A stretch of DNA of 34,933 nucleotides. It comes from an uncultured Lachnospiraceae bacterium (GTDB lineage Bacteria; Bacillota; Clostridia; Lachnospirales; Lachnospiraceae). Position numbers and translations under genes: made by a program. Each line of letters opens with the position of its first letter. The first letter of the stretch is position 1. The notes below the pieces were generated by a model that had not been told where the DNA came from, did no database searches, and worked only from the letters and a program-made list of their open reading frames with translations. Positions 1 to 7,092 of the stretch are shown piece by piece. The stretch lies in contig CAMPAX010000001.1 of the NCBI GenBank assembly GCA_946633495.1, forward strand, positions 1-34,933, in the 5' to 3' direction.

Positions 1-1
1 G

Positions 2-52
2 AAGGCACTGGAGAGCAGAGATGCCTTCCGGGAGATTGTATTCGGAAGGTGA
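2..52 (+). CDS. 3' end of an upstream gene (partial, ...KALESRDAFREIVFGR*)
   Basis: Open frame from window edge to TGA at 50-52, followed by a strong intrinsic terminator. Confidence 0.4.
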   Translation, partial: KALESRDAFREIVFGR

Positions 53-98
53 GGGCAAAATACCTTTTGACCCCAGCATCCTAAATATGAAATGACGG

Positions 99-138
99 AA
101 CGCCGGATGTACATGACCTCGTACATCCGGCGTTTTTT
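99..138 (+). terminator. Rho-independent terminator
   Basis: Perfect 14-bp stem AACGCCGGATGTAC (99-112) / GTACATCCGGCGTT (121-134), 8-nt loop, T-run to 138. Confidence 0.9.
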
Positions 139-160
139 GTGTGTGGGCACGGCGGTGCAT

Positions 161-240
161 TAACGTCGAAGCGATCGGGCAATGTTTTGCGCTAAGTCTC
201 GAAGCGATCGGGGTGTTCTGCGTTAAGTTCCGGAGCGATC
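161..240. repeat. Degenerate ~32-bp tandem repeat, about 2.5 copies (core GRAGCGATC at 168, 201, 232)
   Basis: TAACGTCGAAGCGATCGGGCAATGTTTTGCGC / TAAGTCTCGAAGCGATCGGGGTGTTCTGCGT / TAAGTTCCGGAGCGATC. Confidence 0.7.
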
Positions 241-278
241 ATGACGGTAGGCGCGACCATGACGCGACAAAATGACGT

Positions 279-392
279 CGTGAATATCACGGGAAGAATT
301 TTGGGCGGGATATACTGTTCTCACATGGATGCCACACCGATGAAAAATAACCACCCCGTGAAATTCACGGGAGAAATTTGTCGGGGTATAAG
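279..392 (+). promoter_or_regulatory. Duplicated palindrome + promoter unit upstream of clpP-like gene
   Basis: CGTGAATATCACG (279-291) ... TATACT (311-316); CCCGTGAA-A-TTCACGGG (355-371, perfect 8-bp arms) whose right arm TTCACG (364-369) is 17 bp from TATAAG (387-392). Confidence 0.65.
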
Positions 393-455
393 ATGGCATC
401 AGATGAACGACAACCAACACAACCCCACAGGCGTAACGCCGGAAAGGAGTAACAC

Positions 456-1034
456 ATGAAAGGAATGATCTTGAGAGAGTCATCCCGTGGCATCGACACT
501 TACAGTCCTGAAAGCATGTTGCTGCAGGAGCGGATCCTGTTCTTTACGGAGGAGGTGAATCCCTCTTCCGCAAATGACATGATAGAGTATCTTCTTTTTC
601 TTGATAAGGATGATCCGGGACAGGAGATCACGCTTTGCATCAATTCTCCGGGCGGTGATGTGGTCAGCGGACTTGCGGTTTACGATACCATTCAGATGAT
701 GAAGAGTCCGGTTCGGACGGTATGCATTGGCACCGCGGCCAGTATGGGAGCGATCATCTTCCTCTCAGGGGTCCGCAGGGAAATGCTTCCGCACACGAAG
801 ATTATGATCCACGACCCACTGATCGCCGGACTGGTACAGCCGCAGATGGCGTTGCAGCTTCGAAAGCAGGCGGATCAGCTGATGGAGACCCGGGATGTAT
901 TAGGGAAGATCATTTCCGAAAAAAGCGGCCTGCCACTGGATAAGGTGTATGAAATGACCGCGGAGGATTGCTTCCTCACGGCAGAAAAGGCAGTGGAGCT
1001 TGGGCTTGCCACGGATATCATCCGGGAGTGGTAG
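456..1034 (+). CDS. clpP: ClpP-family serine protease (peptidase S14), divergent paralogue
   Basis: INSPGG, catalytic Ser in AASMG, His in MIHDP, Asp in AEDCFLTAEKAVELGLATDI; RBS AAAGGAG at 443-449. Confidence 0.92.
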   Translation: MKGMILRESSRGIDTYSPESMLLQERILFFTEEVNPSSANDMIEYLLFLDKDDPGQEITLCINSPGGDVVSGLAVYDTIQMMKSPVRTVCIGTAASMGAIIFLSGVRREMLPHTKIMIHDPLIAGLVQPQMALQLRKQADQLMETRDVLGKIISEKSGLPLDKVYEMTAEDCFLTAEKAVELGLATDIIREW

Positions 1035-1042
1035 CGTTAGTA

Positions 1043-1098
1043 ATGAGCCATGCAAAGGCGCGACTTGCGAAGCAATCGTCGATGTCGGCTTGGCTCAT
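1043..1098. repeat. Intergenic imperfect palindrome / stem-loop (REP-like)
   Basis: ATGAGCCA (1043-1050) / TGGCTCAT (1091-1098) base; apical TTGC-GAA-GCAA. Confidence 0.65.
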
Positions 1099-1120
1099 AG
1101 TATAGAAATGGAGGTGCAAC

Positions 1121-2440
1121 TTGAAAACAAACAATCAGAAACCGGAAACCAAGAAACCAAAAGAAACCGTAAACACCGCAAAGACTGCGTCGGCTGCGTC
1201 CCGCATGATCTTTGCCAGAAATCAGGTACGTTCCACCGACACCCGGAAGACAGGCCTGAACAACAATGTGTTGGTGGTGGGAACCTCCGGCTGTGGGAAG
1301 ACCGGCAGCTTCGTGGTTCCGAATCTGCAGTGCACGGAGAACAGTATCGTAGTGGCTGATACCAAGGGCCAGCTTTACAAGACCATGAGGAAGGAACTCC
1401 GGGAGCGGGGATTCCGGACGATCTGCATCGATTTTGTGCATCCGGAGCACTCCGCACCCTACAATCCGTTGGATGCGGTCCAGCGCCTGCGCCGCGGTGC
1501 GGCCTATCGGGAGACGGATCTGACACGGATCGCAAATGCCATGCTTCCGGACTCGCTCTCCAAGAAGGATGAGTTTTGGGTGATCTCGGCCCGGATCGTC
1601 CTCACCAGTCTGATGGCATTTGTGCTGGAGGTCCTGCCTCGTGGAGAGCAGCATTTCGGATCGGTGGCAAAGCTGTATCGTACCCTTTCCGCGGAAGTTG
1701 CCGCAAACCGTTACCGTCGGGATTGGCCGGGCGTCTCCTTCTTTGCCGCACTGGAGCAGGAGAACCCGGACAGCCTGGCAGTCAAAATGTACCATATGTA
1801 CGCCGGCAATTTTATGGCGGATAAATGCTGGAGTTCCATCGAGCAGTTTGTATCCAATGCCCTCAGCGTGTTTGACTTTAATGAAAATGCGCGGATGCTG
1901 TGCCGTAAAGGCTTTGACCTGACCCGCCCCGGCAGGGAGAAGATCGCTCTGTTTGTAAATATCAGCGACACCGATCGCTCCATGGATGCAGTCGTAAACA
2001 TTTTCTACACCCAGCTGTTCCAGTCCCTGTGTCGGTATGCGGACGGCAGGCCGGACTTCCGGCTTCCCATGCCGGTACACATCATCCTGGATGACTTCGC
2101 GGCAAATGTATTCATTCCCGATTTCGATAAGCTCGTGTCGGTGATCCGCAGCCGAGAGATCAGTACCAGCATCATCCTGCAGTCCCTGTCCCAGCTGAAG
2201 GGGATGTACAACGAGGGGCAGGCGTCTACGATCATCAACAACTGCGATACCATGCTGTACCTGGGCGGACAGGATGTCAGTACGGCGAAGTTTTTTGCGG
2301 AGAAGGCCGGTCGGCTGCCGGAGAAGATCCTGTCACTGGATCTGGACGCGGCCTGGATGTTTGTCCGGGGACAACGGGCGGCGCTGGTGGAGAAACTGGA
2401 ACCCTACTCCATGACGCGGAAAGACATCGAGGAGATGTAG
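1121..2440 (+). CDS. VirD4/TraG (T4SS coupling protein) family ATPase, soluble, no transmembrane anchor
   Basis: Walker A GTSGCGKT, VVADTKGQL, YNPL, Walker B-like IILDDFA, SVIRSREISTSIILQSLSQLKGMY, IINNCDTMLYLGGQD; TTG start with RBS GGAGGTG at 1110-1116. Confidence 0.88.
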   Translation: MKTNNQKPETKKPKETVNTAKTASAASRMIFARNQVRSTDTRKTGLNNNVLVVGTSGCGKTGSFVVPNLQCTENSIVVADTKGQLYKTMRKELRERGFRTICIDFVHPEHSAPYNPLDAVQRLRRGAAYRETDLTRIANAMLPDSLSKKDEFWVISARIVLTSLMAFVLEVLPRGEQHFGSVAKLYRTLSAEVAANRYRRDWPGVSFFAALEQENPDSLAVKMYHMYAGNFMADKCWSSIEQFVSNALSVFDFNENARMLCRKGFDLTRPGREKIALFVNISDTDRSMDAVVNIFYTQLFQSLCRYADGRPDFRLPMPVHIILDDFAANVFIPDFDKLVSVIRSREISTSIILQSLSQLKGMYNEGQASTIINNCDTMLYLGGQDVSTAKFFAEKAGRLPEKILSLDLDAAWMFVRGQRAALVEKLEPYSMTRKDIEEM

Positions 2441-2490
2441 GTTTCCGTATGCAGTGGGGTGTCTGATCGGCACCGGAGACAATTCAAAAT

Positions 2491-2523
2491 GCCGGGGACA
2501 AAGGGTGTTTTGCCCTCCCCGGC
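2491..2523 (+). terminator. GC-rich stem-loop after the VirD4-like gene (no clear U tail)
   Basis: GCCGGGGA...TCCCCGGC outer stem with inner AGGG/CCCT. Confidence 0.4.
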
Positions 2524-2538
2524 GGATGATATGCAGCA

Positions 2539-2571
2539 TGCACACTGTGTGCAATCTTTTACTATTATCAT
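2539..2571 (+). promoter_or_regulatory. Palindromic operator-like site and AT-rich -10 candidates
   Basis: TGCACAC-T-GTGTGCA (2539-2553), perfect arms; TATTAT/TATCAT at 2563-2571. Confidence 0.5.
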
Positions 2572-2591
2572 ATTAAACGGAGGATACGAAT

Positions 2592-3479
2592 TTGGAAAAA
2601 AGAAGATCTTTGAATGACGTTTTGGAAGTAGTGAAGACCGGTCGGGCTTTGAGTCCGGCGGGTGTCGAGAGGACAGTGCTGGAGTTTATAAAGGTGCCTG
2701 TGGGGGCAGTGTTTTCAAATAAAATGCGAGTGGAATTTCTTCCGAATCTGCTGAAGCACTGCGCGTGGAATAACTTTATGCTGGATTATGCGAATTTCCT
2801 GCTTGGAACCATAGTGGCACATCCGAAGGAGAAGGAGATCAGCACGGATCTGCTGATTTTCCTTGGAGCCATGGGGTATCTGAATCCGGCTTCCGGTGGG
2901 AAATATAAGGCGCGGAGACCATCTGACGTGAAAACACAGCAGGAACAGGCCACGACGGCGGAGTCGGAGGCTCAGGCTGCAAAGGAAGACGGGACTCAGG
3001 TTGCCGGTGCGATGTCACCGAAAGAATGTGCCTGGAAAAAACGGTTGGAACGCATTAATCCGAAGCTGGATGACCTACACAGAAACCGGGTACTCCCATT
3101 CCTCCGCCTGTCTGTCCGTGATTATGTGGAATACCTGGCCGGGTTTGAGCCGCGCATAAATGAAATCTATGAGCATTTCTTTGCCCGGGATGTAGAGCTC
3201 TGGGAGTCGGAGTGGGGAACTACCGTGACCATCGGAGAGGTGCTCTCCCAGGCAACGGAGGCGCTGGTCTGCCTCTCGGATGTGAAGGAGAACGTGGGAT
3301 ATTCTGAAATGGAGAACTGTATCATGTGGGAGGAAACTCCGACGCGCCCCTTCCAGCGGAAGAATATCCAGGGTACCTACTGGCCGCCTGAGGACGAAGA
3401 GGGACTGTTGGCCGCATACTGGATCTGGTTCCTGGTGTTTATGGGACCGAGCATGATCCGTATGCGGCAGGGAAAGTAA
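2592..3479 (+). CDS. Hypothetical protein (295 aa)
   Basis: Long ORF, TTG start after GGAGGA RBS; no recognised motif; Ala/Glu/Gln linker in the middle. Confidence 0.75.
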   Translation: MEKRRSLNDVLEVVKTGRALSPAGVERTVLEFIKVPVGAVFSNKMRVEFLPNLLKHCAWNNFMLDYANFLLGTIVAHPKEKEISTDLLIFLGAMGYLNPASGGKYKARRPSDVKTQQEQATTAESEAQAAKEDGTQVAGAMSPKECAWKKRLERINPKLDDLHRNRVLPFLRLSVRDYVEYLAGFEPRINEIYEHFFARDVELWESEWGTTVTIGEVLSQATEALVCLSDVKENVGYSEMENCIMWEETPTRPFQRKNIQGTYWPPEDEEGLLAAYWIWFLVFMGPSMIRMRQGK

Positions 3480-3612
3480 CATGCGGTTATCCGTGAACGA
3501 TTGCGGAAACATGGGATTTTTGTTACACTGACATGGATGCCGGTGGACAGCTGCCTTTTGCTCTCCCGGTATCGTAATCTGAAAACCATACGCGAAAGGA
3601 GCGTTTAATCAA

Positions 3613-4803
3613 ATGAAAACAGACAAAAGAACAGATTTTTATACATTGAATTACCGAAGAAACCAGCTGGAAACGGAGCTGGATAAGATCCGCGAAGCCG
3701 TGAGTGGGAGAGAGGAAAGCTTTCTTCCGCGAATCACGGACGAGGAAGGAAAACGTGACCCTGAGAAGGTTGAAACGCTGATCCGTGCCATGATCGACAA
3801 CTATAACGAATATCAGAAGACCTGGGGTTCCATGCACGGCGAAAACCTGCAGCCGGTTGAGGGAGAGGCAAGAAAGCTTTTCCATCATATCCTCTATCTT
3901 GCGATCTTCGGACCCGGAGCAGAGTCGTTCCAGGACTCCTATTCGTTCTGTACGAATATAATTATTAATAAATCGGAGAAGTATTCCGACATTTTGAAGA
4001 ATGTAAAGAACCTTGAATTTTTCAAGGACAAGGCGGAAATGTACTGGGCCGAGGCATATTATGGCGAATATTTTTATGATGAAAATCCGACCTGGACGGA
4101 TTTTCTGAACTATGTATTCAGCTGGATCACGAAAAAAGCAATCACTGAGACGTATACATTAAGCCCGGAGGAATGGGATCCGAATAATACGTGGGGTCTC
4201 TGGGAGACTTCACCGGAGAAAGAAGAAACCACAGGAGAGGAATCTGCAGTGTCTGATAATTCAGAATCGGAAGCGTCAGCAGAGACAAAAACTTCGGATT
4301 CTTCGGCCTCTGAAATGAAAGAGGTCATGGTAAAGATCGGCGGGATGGATGTCCCTATGAAGGTACATGTCATGACGGAGGAAGAGCAGGCGTATGAGGA
4401 ATATCTCGATCAGCTTGCGATGCCGGAGGAGGAAGACACGGATCCGATCCCTCCGATGACACAGGAAGAGTATGACCAGATGGAAAGGGAAACGGCGGAA
4501 AGGATCCGTGAAGAGAACGAAGAAGCGGAAAGGTTTTATCAAAGCTGGCTCGGTACGCTTCCGGATGCAGAGGGTTTTTGCGCTCTCTATCTCGAATTCC
4601 GTGAACTGATGGTGAAACCGGAGCTTCTGCAGCATGTGAAAAATGCGGCAAAGGAAATCGAAATGCTCCTGGATGCCTGGCTTTTTAATACCGGAGAATC
4701 ACCGTATGCGCTTGGAGATTCCTATGGCCTTGTTTCGGCCAGACTGCAAAATGCGACGACACATCTCAAAAAAGAGTTGATGCGTGCTAGGAGGCTGTCA
4801 TGA
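3613..4803 (+). CDS. Hypothetical acidic protein (396 aa)
   Basis: RBS AAAGGAG at 3595-3601; Glu/Asp-rich; ATGA overlap with next ORF. Confidence 0.85.
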   Translation: MKTDKRTDFYTLNYRRNQLETELDKIREAVSGREESFLPRITDEEGKRDPEKVETLIRAMIDNYNEYQKTWGSMHGENLQPVEGEARKLFHHILYLAIFGPGAESFQDSYSFCTNIIINKSEKYSDILKNVKNLEFFKDKAEMYWAEAYYGEYFYDENPTWTDFLNYVFSWITKKAITETYTLSPEEWDPNNTWGLWETSPEKEETTGEESAVSDNSESEASAETKTSDSSASEMKEVMVKIGGMDVPMKVHVMTEEEQAYEEYLDQLAMPEEEDTDPIPPMTQEEYDQMERETAERIREENEEAERFYQSWLGTLPDAEGFCALYLEFRELMVKPELLQHVKNAAKEIEMLLDAWLFNTGESPYALGDSYGLVSARLQNATTHLKKELMRARRLS

Positions 4804-6305
4804 ATATCGGAAATCAAATGGATCTCTACCGAGAGATCCTTGCGGATTACGCGCCTCCTCCGACGGATGATGCGCTGCGTATGAAGGCCGAACTGGAACA
4901 GAAACTGGAGAACGGAAAAAGGCGGCTGGAGAAATCTCGAGGGAAGCTGAATTATAAGAATATACAGGATCAGATTAAAGAACTTCAAGAGGAGCTGAAA
5001 GAACTGAAAAAAAACGCTTTTCCCGGACACGGTGTGCGAAATGTACACAGCTTTGCCTGGCAATTTGAGCAAAAGATCGGCGAAGAAAGGGCAAGGCTGC
5101 TGGCTGAAAAGGGTGACGGTGAAGACTCCGGACAGGAACGGGCTGCAGAATATGTACGCCTTCGAGCGCTTATCCTGAGGTATGAAGAGGGAAAACTTTC
5201 CAAAGAAGAGTATTTCCAAAAACTCCGGGAACTGACCGGTTCCATGCCGTCTGACTGTACGGAGGAGGCACTCCTTGCGTTTCAGGAACATTGGGAAGAG
5301 AAACTGCTTGGAGACATGGTTTCCGATTTCCTGAACCCACTCCGTAGAAAGCTGCGGTTGTATGAGGATGGGAAGCAATCCGCAGGACAGGGATATGTGG
5401 ATGATGTTCGGCTGCTGTCGGAGTTTCAGTTATGCAAGGCACGACAAAAGGGAGCGATGATTGGGAAAACAGAGGAATCCGGCAGCGTGGGACAATCGAT
5501 CGGTGGTCCTTCCCGGGAAGACTGCGAGCGTCTGTTTGAAACCGTGCGATGGAAAAAGGAAGCAGCTGCCTTGTTTGTGCCCCTTCGGATCTATCCGGAT
5601 ACCGGATCGGGGGTCTATCTGATCGGAAATGACCGTCTGGATAATAAGGATTCTTCGGAAGGCTATTGCAGGATTTGCAAGCTTGCCTCTTTCGATTTGA
5701 TGTTTCGTTTGGAGTACGGGATATCGCAATTTGATATTTCCTATAATATTGAGGAATTCACATCCGTCGGAGAAGCGTTGGATGCGCTGGACAGGGAGGC
5801 CATTGACCCGGGCCGTTTCGAAGAATTCACGAACTTCAATACCTGGAGCATAGATGAAAAACAGAAGACCATGGCTGAAAAAACGGAGCTCATGGCTGAA
5901 ATCCTGAAGCTTATGACTGAAATCCCGGAGCTCATGGCTGAAACCCCGGAGCTCATGGCTGAAACCCCGGAGTTCAAGGCTGAAACCCTGAAACTCATAG
6001 CTGAAACTCTGGATATCATGGGTGAAGAATTGGAGATCCTGGCTGAAAAACCGGAGATCCTGGCCGAAATCCTGCTTGAAATTCTGAAGACCATGTCTGA
6101 AATTCCTGATTCCTTCAGAAGGTATTTCAGTTGGGGTGTACAAACAATGGACGAAAAAGACCGGAAAAAAATGGAAGACGCGAAAAAAGGCTTGGAAGCT
6201 TACCGGAAGAGTGTGGAAAAACAACAAAAGGTTTCGAAAGCCAGAAAAGAACTTGGGCAGAGTCTGCCGGAAAATCCGGGCAGGCCACGCAACAAAAGAT
6301 CATGA
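4800..6305 (+). CDS. Hypothetical coiled-coil protein with heptapeptide tandem repeats (501 aa)
   Basis: RBS AGGAGG at 4789-4794, ATGA coupling; N-terminal heptad pattern; MAETPEL-type repeats. Confidence 0.85.
   Translation: MNIGNQMDLYREILADYAPPPTDDALRMKAELEQKLENGKRRLEKSRGKLNYKNIQDQIKELQEELKELKKNAFPGHGVRNVHSFAWQFEQKIGEERARLLAEKGDGEDSGQERAAEYVRLRALILRYEEGKLSKEEYFQKLRELTGSMPSDCTEEALLAFQEHWEEKLLGDMVSDFLNPLRRKLRLYEDGKQSAGQGYVDDVRLLSEFQLCKARQKGAMIGKTEESGSVGQSIGGPSREDCERLFETVRWKKEAAALFVPLRIYPDTGSGVYLIGNDRLDNKDSSEGYCRICKLASFDLMFRLEYGISQFDISYNIEEFTSVGEALDALDREAIDPGRFEEFTNFNTWSIDEKQKTMAEKTELMAEILKLMTEIPELMAETPELMAETPEFKAETLKLIAETLDIMGEELEILAEKPEILAEILLEILKTMSEIPDSFRRYFSWGVQTMDEKDRKKMEDAKKGLEAYRKSVEKQQKVSKARKELGQSLPENPGRPRNKRS
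5850..6113 (+). repeat. In-frame 21-bp tandem repeat, about 12 degenerate units (consensus ATGGCTGAAAYCCYGGAGCTC)
   Basis: Units start at 5871, 5892, 5913, 5934, 5955 ... 6060; encode MAEKTEL/MAEILKL/MTEIPEL/MAETPEL. Confidence 0.9.
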
Positions 6306-6330
6306 CGATTATATGCTTTGCATCCGTTTA

Positions 6331-6960
6331 TCAGTCTCGATCATATTCATCCAGGAAATGATGGCGCACGCCGTCTTTCTTGTATGCGATCACGGTAGCG
6401 AGATTTACGTTTTCTACGCTGCTGAAGATATTTTTTTCAATAATGGGATCCTCTTTTGCCAGGCGCGCGATCTTGTTGCAGCCCAGTGCTTTTGCGTTGC
6501 TGTACAGATATCCACGGCGCATGCGCGCACAAAGATAGCAGGGATTCGCCCCTACGTCCGCTACGGAGTTGAAGATCTCCGAACGGAAGACGCGGATGGG
6601 GATGCCCAGCTTGCGTGCATTTTCCAGAATGAGCCGGTAATTCCGCTCATTATACCCCGGATCCATCACCAGATATTCCACTTCAAAGTTCCGCTTGCCG
6701 TGGCGGTACAGCTCCTGGAAGAGCTTCGCCATCAGCATGGAATCCTTGCCGCCGGAGATGCAGACCGCGATCCGGTCTCCGTCCTTGATCATCTCATAGG
6801 TGTTGATGGCCTTCGTGAAACGGGTCCAGGTTTCCTTGCGAAACCGCTTCATCAGCCCCTGCTCCACGGTGCGGACGTATTCCTGCTCAGCCTCTGACAG
6901 AGGAGCGGTGATCTCCTCCGGCGTAAACGGTATGGTTGTTGTAAATACTTGTTTTTCCAT
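6331..6960 (-). CDS. ttcA: tRNA 2-thiocytidine biosynthesis TtcA-family protein with apparent in-frame internal deletion (possible pseudogene)
   Basis: PP-loop ISGGKDS, MDPGY, PCYLCARMRRG, LGCNKIA; expected LGHHxDD, IRPL and second Cys pair are absent; C-terminus NIFSSVENVNL present. Confidence 0.8.
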   Translation of the reverse strand: MEKQVFTTTIPFTPEEITAPLSEAEQEYVRTVEQGLMKRFRKETWTRFTKAINTYEMIKDGDRIAVCISGGKDSMLMAKLFQELYRHGKRNFEVEYLVMDPGYNERNYRLILENARKLGIPIRVFRSEIFNSVADVGANPCYLCARMRRGYLYSNAKALGCNKIARLAKEDPIIEKNIFSSVENVNLATVIAYKKDGVRHHFLDEYDRD

Positions 6961-6968
6961 AATACGAG

Positions 6969-6977
6969 AGTATAGCA
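6969..6977 (-). promoter_or_regulatory. Extended -10 promoter (TGcTATACT) 8 nt before ttcA ATG; likely leaderless mRNA
   Basis: Minus strand reads CTGTGCTATACTCTCGTATT-ATG; no Shine-Dalgarno. Confidence 0.5.
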
Positions 6978-7063
6978 CAGGATGGGAAAATTAACCACTC
7001 CGGTTTTTTGTGCAGGAAAAAATGAAAAAAGGCGTATTTACCTGGATTTTAGGAAAGTTCAGG

Positions 7064-7092
7064 TTGACACATTAACTCAAAAAGGCTAAAAT
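7064..7092 (+). promoter_or_regulatory. Sigma-A promoter of the mannan catabolic operon
   Basis: TTGACA (7064-7069) - 17 bp - TAAAAT (7087-7092). Confidence 0.85.

Noticed and set aside
161-392. Possible CRISPR array or oriT
   Set aside because: Repeats are degenerate, few and lack unique spacers; no cas or relaxase gene in the window
241-459. 72-aa ORF overlapping the clpP start (ATGA)
   Set aside because: Runs through the palindrome/promoter units, weak RBS, no recognisable features; cannot be fully excluded
5850-6113. CRISPR-like or DGR repeat
   Set aside because: Contiguous 21-bp in-frame units with no spacers; no reverse transcriptase; variation is not adenine-specific
456-6305. Prophage or complete ICE
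   Set aside because: No integrase, terminase, portal, capsid, relaxase or VirB genes and no att repeats seen; ClpP lacks the context of a phage head-maturation protease
6136-6897. 253-aa + strand ORF
   Set aside because: Overlaps the 501-aa ORF end and is antisense to ttcA
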